Part shown: positions 41,677 through 51,330 of the stretch, one piece after another
Layout: each line of letters starts with the position of its first letter
How positions within the stretch are numbered: the first letter of the stretch is position 1
Assembly: GCA_965140785.1 (NCBI GenBank)
Contig: OZ223496.1
Location: 1-64,000 of the forward strand
DNA from: an uncultured Ruficoccus sp.
GTDB taxonomy: Bacteria; Verrucomicrobiota; Verrucomicrobiia; Opitutales; Cerasicoccaceae
Direction: 5' to 3'
DNA: 64,000 nt
The notes under the pieces: generated by a model
Seen by the model: only the letters and a program-made list of their open reading frames with translations
Database searches by the model: none
What the model was told of the DNA's origin: nothing
Translations under genes and position numbers: made by a program

Positions 41677-43221
41677 TCAGGGGCCGGCGCGGCGCCATTC
41701 ATGATTGCTCTCCCACAGCAGGCGGTCCGCCGAGAGCGGGCCCCAGGAGCCGCAGGCGTAGGAGTCGAGCCCCTTGCGCCCGCACTTTTCCCAGTACTCG
41801 AGCAGCGGGGTGTAGAGCTTCCACGAGGTCTCGGTCTCGTCACCGCGGATGAAGAGCGTGGAGTCGCCCACCATGGCGTCGAGGATGAGTCGCTCGTAGG
41901 CCTCGGGCGTGTTCGAGCCGAAGGTCGTGGCGTAGCGGAAGTGCATCTTGACCGGCTGGGTGCGTGTTTCCAGGCCGGGGATTTTCGAGTTCATGAGCAG
42001 GGTGATGCCCTCGTCCGGCTGGATCTGGATGACCAGCGTGTTCGCGGCCATGTCGAAGCGCGACGGATCGGTGAAGAGGCTGCCCGAGGGCTGCTTGAAC
42101 TGGATCGCGATCTCGGAAACGCGCCGCGCCAGGCGCTTGCCCGAGCGCAGGTAGAAGGGCACGCCCTGCCAGCGCCAGTTGTTGATGTGGAAGCGCAGCG
42201 CGGCAAAGGTCTCGGTCGAGGAATCCTGCGGGATGTCCTTCTCCTGAAGGTAGCCGGGCACCTTTTCGCCACCGATCAGGCCCTCGGCGTACTGGGCGCG
42301 AACGGCGTCGCCGTCTTTCGGGTCGAGCTTGAGGGGCTGAATGGACTTGAGCAGCTTGACCTTCTCGTCGCGGATGTCCTCGGCCCCGAGCGAAACAGGG
42401 GCCTCCATCGCGGTCAGGGCGAGCAGCTGCATGGTGTGGTTCTGGAGCATGTCGCGGGTGGCGCCACTGGTGTCATAGTAGCCGCCGCGCGTGCCCACGC
42501 CGAGGTCCTCGGCCACGGTGATCTGCACGCAGTCCACGTAGTTGCGGTTCCAGATCGGCTCGAAGATGGTGTTGGCGAAGCGCAGCACCATGAGGTCCTG
42601 CACGGTTTCCTTGCCCAGGTAGTGGTCGATGCGGAAGACCTGATGCTCGTCAAACTGGTTGGCGATGATCCGGTTAAGCTCCTGGGCGGTGGCCAGGTCC
42701 CGCCCGAAGGGCTTCTCGATGATCATCTTGGAGGCCAGCGGCGTGCCCTTGCCGTGGGCGGCCAAGCCACTGGAACCGAGGTTTTCCAGGATCGGCTTAA
42801 ACACCGACGGCGGGGTGGAAATATAAAAGACGAACTGGAGGTCGCGCCCGGACTTTTTCTCGATCTCCAGGCACTTCTCGCGCAGGGACTCGAAGGCCTT
42901 GGGGTCGTCGTAGCCGCCGGCGTGGTAGTGGATGTTGCTCTTGAGCTGCGGCCAGATGTCGGGATTAAGCGGACGGCGCGAGAACTCCTTGATGTCCTTT
43001 TCGGCGTCCGCCTGAAAGTCATCGTCGGGAATTTCCTTGCGCCCGTAGCCGATCAGGTGGAAGTCGCCCGGCAGCAGGTTGTCCAGGCCGAGGTTATAGA
43101 GGGCGGGGATGAGCTTGCGGGCGGTCAAATCGCCGGAAGCCCCGAAGATCACAACGATCGTGGGCGGCGCACCGCGGTGCTTACTCAGTCCCTGCAGGAA
43201 CGGGTGACGGTCTTCGCTCAT
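41677..43221 (-). CDS. zwf: Glucose-6-phosphate dehydrogenase
   Basis: IFGASGDL, EKPFG, RIDHYLGKETVQ, RDMLQNH, WQGVPFYLRSGK. Confidence 0.98.
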   Translation of the reverse strand: MSEDRHPFLQGLSKHRGAPPTIVVIFGASGDLTARKLIPALYNLGLDNLLPGDFHLIGYGRKEIPDDDFQADAEKDIKEFSRRPLNPDIWPQLKSNIHYHAGGYDDPKAFESLREKCLEIEKKSGRDLQFVFYISTPPSVFKPILENLGSSGLAAHGKGTPLASKMIIEKPFGRDLATAQELNRIIANQFDEHQVFRIDHYLGKETVQDLMVLRFANTIFEPIWNRNYVDCVQITVAEDLGVGTRGGYYDTSGATRDMLQNHTMQLLALTAMEAPVSLGAEDIRDEKVKLLKSIQPLKLDPKDGDAVRAQYAEGLIGGEKVPGYLQEKDIPQDSSTETFAALRFHINNWRWQGVPFYLRSGKRLARRVSEIAIQFKQPSGSLFTDPSRFDMAANTLVIQIQPDEGITLLMNSKIPGLETRTQPVKMHFRYATTFGSNTPEAYERLILDAMVGDSTLFIRGDETETSWKLYTPLLEYWEKCGRKGLDSYACGSWGPLSADRLLWESNHEWRRAGP

Positions 43222-43322
43222 AAAGTCAGTGCTGAGGTTGGTCCGCAAACAGGCCACATCTCTACCCCTGCGGACACAGCCGGGTGGAGCAGTAGAGGCA
43301 ACCTTGCGAACATGTGAGAGAG

Positions 43323-43739
43323 TTAGGTCTGATTAAACAGAGATACGTTCGGGTGATGGTATAAAGCGAAATCCCCGTCCTGGCCAAGCCTAAGTTCGAC
43401 AATATCGAAACGCGTGTGGGCCGGGGGCCGCCGCAGCTGCTTCAAATACGCCCGGCAGGCCCGGCGCAGGCGCGTCTTTTTTTCCTCCGTAACCGAATGG
43501 AAGCCGCCCACCAGTGCCTCCTCCCCCCGTGAGCGCACCTCGACAAAGACCAGCACTTCGCCATCCTGACAGACCAGATCGATCTCGTCGTGGCCGGCCC
43601 GCCAGTTGCGCGCCAGCACGCGATAACCCTGCTTGCGCAAATGCGCCGCAGCCCGCCGCTCACCGAAGCGCCCCCGCCCGGCCCGGTCCTCCGGCGCCCG
43701 ACGACCGAGCTTTTCCATCAAAATGCGCCGCCAGTCCAT
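43323..43739 (-). CDS. yraN: YraN family nuclease-like protein
   Basis: GERRAAAHL..QGYRVLARNWR...EIDLV...LVFVEVRSR, RFDIV. Confidence 0.9.
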   Translation of the reverse strand: MDWRRILMEKLGRRAPEDRAGRGRFGERRAAAHLRKQGYRVLARNWRAGHDEIDLVCQDGEVLVFVEVRSRGEEALVGGFHSVTEEKKTRLRRACRAYLKQLRRPPAHTRFDIVELRLGQDGDFALYHHPNVSLFNQT

Positions 43740-43810
43740 GGGTGGGATAAATGCTAGTTGATTTCCGGCCTGCACAGCCAGGGGCGGGCCGAACACGGTG
43801 GAGACTCTCC

Positions 43811-43846
43811 CAACGCTCAAACCCTCAAACTTTCAAACCTGAAACT
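43811..43846. repeat. Short 8-nt-period repeat, inverted relative to 40269-40302
   Basis: CAACGCTCAAACCCTCAAACTTTCAAACCTGAAAC right after the rsfS stop. Confidence 0.7.
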
Positions 43847-43849
43847 GCC

Positions 43850-44224
43850 CTACACCTCGACCTCGACGGCGTCCTTCCAGAGGGATTCGAGGCGATAGTT
43901 GCCGCGCTGCTCGGCGGTGAAGAGATGGACCATGATGTCGTAGGCGTCCACCACGAGCCAGCCGCTTTCGGGGACATTGTCCGTCCCGAGCACGTCGGTG
44001 CCCTGCTCTTTGAAGGCCTTTTCGGCCGCAGTGCGCAGGGCGCGCAGGTGGGGGGCGGAGTTCGCCGTGGCCAGGATCAGGTAGTCGGTGACGGTGGACT
44101 GACCGCGCACGTCCAGTACCTTCAGGGACTCCGCCTTGCGGTCTTCGAGCGCTTCCAGGCATTGCCGGATGCGCGTTTTGTCCTGTGTGGGAATCGAGGA
44201 GGTGTCGGAGATGGATTCAGTCAC
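43850..44224 (-). CDS. rsfS: Ribosome silencing factor
   Basis: DRKAE...LDV...TDYLILAT, WLVVDAYDIMVHLF...YRLESLW; GTG start overlaps nadD. Confidence 0.93.
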   Translation of the reverse strand: MTESISDTSSIPTQDKTRIRQCLEALEDRKAESLKVLDVRGQSTVTDYLILATANSAPHLRALRTAAEKAFKEQGTDVLGTDNVPESGWLVVDAYDIMVHLFTAEQRGNYRLESLWKDAVEVEV

Positions 44225-44825
44225 AATAAAGTCTATGGGTTTCGATATAGGCCTCAACCGCCGGCGGCAAGAAAAACCGCGCGCCCCTGCCCTCGGCAAA
44301 ACGCTGGCGTAATTCGCTCGAACTGACCGCGAAGGGATGCCCGCTGACCAGGTGGAAGCGCTCGGGCGGAAAACCGGCGGGCACGGTCAGGGACTTCCCC
44401 GGTCGCCCGACGACGATGAGTTCGGCCAGTTCCAGCAGCCGCCGGGGCTGGTGCCAGCGGGAAAACTTCGCCACATGATCGGCCCCCACGATCCAGAACA
44501 GGCGGGCCGAGGGGTGCTTGCGGCGCAGGCGCTCCAGGGTATCGACGGTGTAGGCGGGCTCGGCCTTGCGCATTTCGCAATCCTCCACCCGCATCTCATC
44601 GTCGCCCTCCAGGGCCAAGTCGAGCATGGCCAGGCGATGAACGCCGTCCACGCTCGGCGCTTCCTCCCGCAGGGGGGTGTGTGGCGAGGGCACAAAGTAA
44701 ACCGTGTCCAGTTCCAGTTGTTCCCGCGCGTCCTGGGCAATCAACAGATGCCCATAATGCACGGGGTCGAAACTGCCACCGAGAAAACCGAGCCGGGGAG
44801 ATGCGGGGGCTTGCGCCTCAATCAT
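44217..44825 (-). CDS. nadD: Nicotinate-nucleotide adenylyltransferase
   Basis: GGSFDPVHYGH, YTVDT, IVGAD, VSSSELR. Confidence 0.95.
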   Translation of the reverse strand: MIEAQAPASPRLGFLGGSFDPVHYGHLLIAQDAREQLELDTVYFVPSPHTPLREEAPSVDGVHRLAMLDLALEGDDEMRVEDCEMRKAEPAYTVDTLERLRRKHPSARLFWIVGADHVAKFSRWHQPRRLLELAELIVVGRPGKSLTVPAGFPPERFHLVSGHPFAVSSSELRQRFAEGRGARFFLPPAVEAYIETHRLYCD

Positions 44826-45936
44826 AGATCTCCTGATAGACCGGCTTGAGGGCGGATTCAAGCTTCTGGAGTGCCCGTTTTTCGCGCATGCTCACCTGCT
44901 GGTGCGAGATCCCGACCTCGGAGGCGATGCTGGCCAGCGTGCGCGGGTCCGTCCCCGGTTCCAGCCCAAAGCGCAGGGCGAGCACTTCGCGCTGCTTGTC
45001 GGTCAGTCCGTCGAGTACCTCCAGCAGCGTGCGGTAGAGATCCTTTTCGGTCAGCGAATCCGAGGGGGGCACGGCCTCCTCGTCGCTCAGGTGGCGGGGC
45101 GCGTTGCCGTCCGAGTCATCCGCCATATCGTCCAGCGAAAGCCGCGGCTTGAGCAGGCCCTCGTACTTGGAGGGCTCCTTCTGCTTGTTCTGCCCGGGGG
45201 CGGTCTCGCCCTTGCTGGATTCGGTGAGGATGCGGGAGGCCAGATTGATCGGCACGTGTACCGGGAAATGCTCCTCCATCAAATAGTTACGAATGTGCCG
45301 GGAAATCCAGGTGCGGGCGTAGCTACCAAAGGAAGCCTTATTGTCCTCGACCTTGTCGATGGCGTGAATGAGGCCGATGCTCGCCTCCTGAAAGGCGTCG
45401 GGCCGTAGGTTCGGGTCGAACACCTGGCGGTTGACCAGCTTGTGAGTCAGCGACTGGTAGCGGCGGTACAGCACCGTCTGCGCCCGCTTATAGCGGCGGT
45501 GGCGCATGGCCATGGCGAAGGCGATCTTGTCCTTGAACTCCACCCAGTGGTCCTGGCTCAAGTTGATGTCCAACTCCCGGCTGCTCCACAGGTCCAGCCC
45601 GAAGCGGTCCCCAAAGGCGAGCGCGGTCTTCGACGGAAAACGTCCCTCGAAATGCTCCAGCAGCCAGACGATCAGTCCGTTCTTGTTCTCCAGCAGCAGC
45701 GAATCCACCACCGAACGCAGGTTGATGCCCCGGCGCGGCTGGGGCAGCCCCAGCTCCCGAAGGCCTTCTTCATCAAGCCCTTCCCACATGGAAAGGTGTA
45801 AAACCCAATCAAGGCTGCGCCGATAAGCCGCGATAATCCCCCGGCAGGCTCTTTCGCTCAGCACACGATCTTTCCCCGTGATTCGAGGCATGGCCGAATC
45901 ATGCGGTGGGGAAGAAACTGGGGTGGCCCGAGCCAT
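44818..45936 (-). CDS. Alternative sigma-70 family RNA polymerase sigma factor
   Basis: Region 2 DAFQEASIGLIHAIDK...FGSYARTWI; region 4 REVLALRFGL...TLASIASEVGISHQQVSMREKRALQKL; start 45936 or 45891. Confidence 0.88.
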   Translation of the reverse strand: MARATPVSSPPHDSAMPRITGKDRVLSERACRGIIAAYRRSLDWVLHLSMWEGLDEEGLRELGLPQPRRGINLRSVVDSLLLENKNGLIVWLLEHFEGRFPSKTALAFGDRFGLDLWSSRELDINLSQDHWVEFKDKIAFAMAMRHRRYKRAQTVLYRRYQSLTHKLVNRQVFDPNLRPDAFQEASIGLIHAIDKVEDNKASFGSYARTWISRHIRNYLMEEHFPVHVPINLASRILTESSKGETAPGQNKQKEPSKYEGLLKPRLSLDDMADDSDGNAPRHLSDEEAVPPSDSLTEKDLYRTLLEVLDGLTDKQREVLALRFGLEPGTDPRTLASIASEVGISHQQVSMREKRALQKLESALKPVYQEIYD

Positions 45937-46147
45937 AAAAAATTTTTATGCCATTTGAGGATTAAGACATAAAACGTTAAGGTTTTTTTGCGTCTGCGCA
46001 AAGAAAAAGTTAAGCCTATTGGCACAAATATGCACGCAAAAGCTCTTCCATGCGCTCGTATCATGGAGTTTAGCGCCTTTTTTACGGGGGTAGAACGCCA
46101 CTGTCTTGTAATTATCCCTTTTTTCGGCATTTTTCAACGCCATCACT

Positions 46148-46810
46148 ATGCCTCCCCCCCATGCCGAACGCCACAGCCTCTCTGAAAACCTCCAGTCTAT
46201 CGTCGCTGGTCAGAGCGAGAAGGTCACGCTGGGCGAAATCGTGGATGCGATTAACGACAAGCAGTTCGGTATGTTGCTGGTCCTTCTATCCATCCCCAGC
46301 GCCCTGCCCATCCCCGCCGCCGGCTACAGCACGCCTTTCGGGGTCGCCATCCTCATCCTGGGCCTGCAGATGCTCAAAGGCCGCCGCACCCCCTGGCTGC
46401 CCCGCAAGATGCGCCAGAAGACCTTCACCCGCCAGAAACTGGTCGGCATGGTCAACAAGACCGGCGGCTTTTTCCGCTGGGTGGAAAAGTTCGTGCGCCC
46501 GCGCCTGCACTGGATCAACAGCCGCGGCGGCTACCGCCTGATGGCACTGCTGGTCATCTTCATGAGCCTGCTCATGTGCCTGCCCATTCCCAGCACCAAT
46601 ACCGCTCCGGCCATGGTCATCTTTCTGATCGGAATCGGCCTGTGCGAGGACGACGGCCTCTTCGCCCTCGGAGCCTGCGCCCTGGGCATCGTGGCCGCGC
46701 TGGTCTATGTCGTGGTCATCTACTTCGCCGTGCAGCTTATCCGTGAGCACGGCTGGGACGGCGTCCACCAGCTCACCAGCTTTATCAAGCAGCAGCTCGG
46801 TCTGGAGTAG
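46148..46810 (+). CDS. exoD: Exopolysaccharide synthesis ExoD family membrane protein
   Basis: VTLGEI, PSALPIP..GYSTPFG, PWLP, LPIPSTNTAPA, EDDG. Confidence 0.88.
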   Translation: MPPPHAERHSLSENLQSIVAGQSEKVTLGEIVDAINDKQFGMLLVLLSIPSALPIPAAGYSTPFGVAILILGLQMLKGRRTPWLPRKMRQKTFTRQKLVGMVNKTGGFFRWVEKFVRPRLHWINSRGGYRLMALLVIFMSLLMCLPIPSTNTAPAMVIFLIGIGLCEDDGLFALGACALGIVAALVYVVVIYFAVQLIREHGWDGVHQLTSFIKQQLGLE

Positions 46811-46895
46811 CACCCCGCCAAAAAAGGAAAAATCGCGGGCGAAGCTAACCTCTGCCCTCCCCACCTACGAAATCCTCCGCAGCTATTTTTAAGGA

Positions 46896-46923
46896 TTGCC
46901 CGCCGCCCGCAAAGACCTAGGCT
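46896..46923 (+). promoter_or_regulatory. Putative sigma-70 promoter of the tRNA locus
   Basis: TTGCCC-N16-TAGGCT, 17 nt before the tRNA 5' end. Confidence 0.4.
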
Positions 46924-46940
46924 CCCTTGCTTTCGCACGT

Positions 46941-46982
<42 letters not shown>

Positions 46983-47106
46983 AAATAAAGCATTTTTGCC
47001 CGAATTTCCCTGAGTCATCCTGAGCTCCCTAGACTTTGACGGCCAACAATTTACAAAACAGGACGTTCGTCTCGAGTTTTCCCGAATATTCCCATTTCAC
47101 AAACTC

Positions 47107-47128
47107 GGGTTACAAATTGGGTTACAAA
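47107..47128 (+). repeat. Tandem direct repeat GGGTTACAAA x2 (integrase arm-type site candidate)
   Basis: Copies at 47107-47116 and 47119-47128, about 125 bp inside the att core. Confidence 0.65.
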
Positions 47129-47338
47129 AATAGGACGAATTAAGATTTCCTCATACACCCATTGGACCGCCAAGACCTCAGCTCGTTTTCCTCTTTTTCA
47201 CGGAACAGATTCAGAGTTTCGACGAAACGTTTCAGGCATTCAACCGGATCAGCGTCACCCCACATTTTGACAGAACTGGCTTAACTTCCTGAACATTCAA
47301 CGAGAGCCCGGCTAAACAATCTGAGATGGGCCTCTCGC

Positions 47339-47497
47339 TTACCAACAGGATTGTTCACACTGCCTAGCCTCATTCAAGCTGGCCTGAAGATCGCGCAGGA
47401 ATTCGCTGGGCGTGGAATATAGCCCACTATCACCAGAATTACCGTTGATAAACGAGCGAAGCTCGTCTGTCAGAGAAAGATTAATCGAGCTAGCCAT
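47339..47497 (-). pseudogene. Truncated ParD-like ribbon-helix-helix antitoxin
   Basis: MASSINLSLTDELRSFI...SGLYSTPSEFLRDL, then loses similarity; no toxin gene follows. Confidence 0.6.
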
Positions 47498-47504
47498 CGG
47501 TCTG

Positions 47505-48873
47505 TCACACTTCCGACTTAGGCTTAAGCCGGAAGACTTCAGCGGACTGAGTGCGATTGATCTCGATCTCGACAAGAAGAGTCTGATTCGGAAAAAAGAA
47601 GCTTTTATTTTTTTGACTCAGGACGGGAACCCCTCCTGTTTCCGGCACATCCGGCGGGTTGGCATAGCCGATAAGTTCTGAAACACGGGCCGCCACCAAG
47701 CTCAGACTCACTTCACCTGCGTGCGTCTCAATCAAGTCCTTCATGTCGTCCATGTCGAAGTACAGGCTTCTCCATGCGCCACTGCTTCGGTTGACATGCA
47801 CATCCTCCAGTATCTCGCGGTTGATCTTTTCAAACACCGTATCCTCATCATCGTCCTCCTGATAGAGCTCAATGAAATAATCGTCCACAGGGTTACCGAA
47901 CTGATCATGGACATAAAACACGACATTCATGTACTGGTGGAATTTCTCTTTATCGCTATTACTCCTCGACTTCAGACCGGCGGCATAAGTCTCCGCCGTA
48001 AGTTCCCTGCAATATTCACGATGCTCTGGATAACCGCTCTTCGTCACGCGAAGGGCCTTGAGCAACAGCTCTCCAACTTGATCATCAATGGCAGTCGGTT
48101 CGGTGATGTTGCCATGGTTCCGCTTGAACACAGCGAAGGGAATTTCCGGACAATTGGCAGAAACCACTTTCATGTCTGGCGTCAACTCAGGGTCTCGGAA
48201 ATAGGCTTTCACATACTTGGCGTTAAGGTTAGCCGTGGATACGCGCACTGTTCCGTCTGAACCGTTTTCATGAAGTATGCGTTTGAAGCGATCGTCATAA
48301 CCCACCGTCCCCACCATCACCGTGGCCAGCGTATTGCAGGGATCAAAGATCGGGAAGCCAGGGTCGAACAAATCCGTCATGGCCAACTGCGCACTGTAGG
48401 GCGAAGCCAGTTCCAGCGCATTGAGCACCCCTGTCCCGGTCTCCATAAATCCGTCCCATTTCCAGCCCTTGAATAATCGTCCGAACATGGACTTGCCAAC
48501 ATGCGCCAAAGGGGAACCAAAGTTCGCTGGGGCCAAGAACACAAAATGACGAACTGGAGTCAGTGAAGCATCCAAATGACCTTCCTCGCTATAACAGACT
48601 TGGCGCAAATACTCACGCCCAACGAGCCCCCCTGTGCTATGTACAATCAGGTCAAACGAATGCCTCTCTTGAGGGATGTCAGCATCGTTAAGAGCAACGA
48701 TCATCGCATTGCCCAAGTCGGGCAGTGTGATCTCGTCCTGCATCGAAATGTAATCCCCCAGGGAAAATACTCTTGGTTTCGAAATTATTATCTTCCAGGA
48801 ATTGCGCGAGGGGCTCGAAGCTGGAGGAGTTGTCGCTCCATCCGTGCAGGATAACAACTGGTAGTTTAGACAT
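47505..48873 (-). pseudogene. Alpha/beta hydrolase (lipase-like), frameshifted near 48762
   Basis: PVVILHGWSD N-terminus in one frame joins LGDYISM...VHSTGG...APANFGS in another if one C is removed. Confidence 0.8.
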
Positions 48874-49191
48874 CGGTTGTAGGTTAGGAATAGATTTTAA
48901 CTAATAAAATAACCTATGATTTGTCCAGTTAAACAAAACATGGGCGGCCGAAGACACGAAATGCCGTAGTGTTATCCTAGATCAGTTGCTTCGCGCCACA
49001 ACCCAAACAAACTGCACGATCAGCGCCGATTTTGAACGAACCCAATGCAGTCCTAGTGATTTCATCCCGACATCCTTCTTGCTTCGGCAGAGTAATGTGG
49101 TCAGCTTGCTCGGCCCTTTGTTATTGCATGCGGAACGGACGCGCCATATCTGGATACAGTATATTCAGTTGGCTCCCCCTACCCGTCCGCC

Positions 49192-51236
49192 ATGAAAGCC
49201 ATCACCCTGCCGCTCTTAGCTGCCGCACTGCCCCTAACCCTCCAGGCTGAATCCGAAACAGACTCAGTCTGCGCAACAGAACCCACTGCCGATGAGTCCT
49301 ATTATGAGGACCACTCCTCGCTCGGGTACACGCTGCCGAACCTTCCACTTGAGTGGTACAGTGAACCCTTTGACCTAAAAGGCAAATGGCTCCTGCTGGC
49401 CTATACCTCGGAGTGCTGCGGCGGGCTCCATTACCCAGACACACAGGACATCGAACGGCTCAGTGAGATTTACACGCACTACGGGAAGCAGATCAACGTT
49501 CTCGCCCTCACCTGGGCAAGTGCCGAGCGGTTAAAGATCGTCACCCAAGGCATTGAGATGACTTATCCGCTCGCCTACGACCCCGATCACCGCTGGGGCA
49601 AAGTGTTGGGCAACGCCTACGAGCCGAGCTATCTGCTGTTCAATCCAGAGGGCCAATGCGTCTGGGAAGGAAATCTAGCTCAGATCAGCGATGCGTTGTT
49701 GGCTGCGCTGCCCCAAGGAAGAACCGCTCTGTACGAAATGGGGTTTTATCTGGCGAACGACGATGGCAATCAACTTTTGCTGCCAATCCTTACTGACAAC
49801 CCGATGGCCGGTTCCTTCTGGAGTATAGATTCCGTGGAAAATGCTCATTACCTATACGACGCCGGAGTTTTTGATGAGGCCGAGAGCGGCAAAGATGCCA
49901 CGCTCAAAAGGTTTCTGGAGGCCTTTCCGCCTTCGCTCTACAATGTGTATATTGATGACTCTTGGATCAACACCGTCGGAACAGAAGGGGAAGACACGCT
50001 CCGCATGCGTGCCCGGTATTTCCCAATCAGCCGCACCGATAAATCCATTACTCTGCTTTTACGTAGCGACAAACTTTCCGGAAAACCGGGGAAAACTCAA
50101 ATACGGTTATTGGACATTTTATCCGGAAGCTGAAAAGGCGATTATTTATAGTAAAAAATTTATGGCATGCGCCGGAAACCCTTCCCAGCATCTGGCACCG
50201 CACCCCCAGCGACGCCTATACGGAGGCAGAGGAACGACTGGATTTAGCGGAAGGGTACGACGGGCCCTTCGACGAGTATTCACGCCTGGGGCACACACTG
50301 CCGGACGCATCGTTGGAGTGGCTCAGCGAACCGACTGAGTTGAAAAACAAATGGCTGCTGCTGGAGTTCTGGGGCACCTATTGCGGCCCCTGCATCCGGC
50401 AGATTCCCCGTCTCAACGAAATCCACCAGATGGTTGGGCCAGACCTCGTCGTGGTCGGCATCACTTCAGAGGCTCCGGCCAAAGTCGTCGCCCGCATGCG
50501 CAAATCCCACATCGCCTATCCCGTGGCCAACGATCCCAACGGAAAGTGGCAGGAGCATTTCAACATTTTCGGCGTCCCCTCCACCATTCTCGTCAATCCT
50601 CAAGGTCAATGCGTGTGGGAGGGCGAGCTGGATGCATTACCCGATGTCCTGCTGAACGCGTTCGGTAAAGGCGACGATGCGCTCAAGGCCGCCGGTTACC
50701 GTCTCGTCACCAACAAGGACGACGGCCTCCAGCTCATGCTCCCCATCATCGAAGCTGATCCGCTGGAGGGCACCTGCTGGCGTTTCAACAGCCATGAATC
50801 CATTCGCTTCGCCGACAAGATGGGCTGGCTTAAGCAGATGGGCTGCGACGACACCTTTGTCGAACGCTTCTGCCAACACCCCGAAAGCATCCTGTACTGG
50901 CGCTTCGCGAACGGACGTGTCCAGAGATTGGGCGAGGGTTCCGGCCTTGGCTACACCATCGACAGCGAATACTTTCTGTTCGAGAGAAATGGCAATACCT
51001 TTACCATCGTTTTCCGGGGCCCGACAAACGAACGCGACAGCCTGCGCTACAAGTATCTGACCATCACGCAAACGCCGGAGTACACGGCCACCTATCCCCA
51101 ATGGGTACGCCGCGACGGCCCTCCCCGCGCACTTTGGCACTCCATCGCCCCCGAAGAATATACCGCCGCCGAAGAACGATTAGCCTCGGCGACCTCCACC
51201 GTGGACAATGAACGAACGTTGCCCCCATCCCGATAA
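49192..51236 (+). pseudogene. Tandem two-repeat TlpA/thioredoxin-like secreted protein, split by two frameshifts
   Basis: ORFs 49192-50133 and 50313-51236 are homologous (LEWYSEPFDLKGKWLLL / LEWLSEPTELKNKWLLL); they join into one frame if one A is removed at about 50072 and one at about 50155; WGTYCGPC in repeat 2. Confidence 0.75.
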
Positions 51237-51330
51237 TGCCCCAATGGTAAATCGCAGTACAAATACATCGAGATGAAACCACACCGGCAGCAGCGCATAC
51301 TCTGGCTCGCGGCTTGGGGGCTATCCGTAG

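Noticed and set aside
46019..46034. Sigma-54 promoter TTGGCACAAATATGCA upstream of exoD
   Set aside because: GG-to-GC spacing is 9 nt rather than the required 10.
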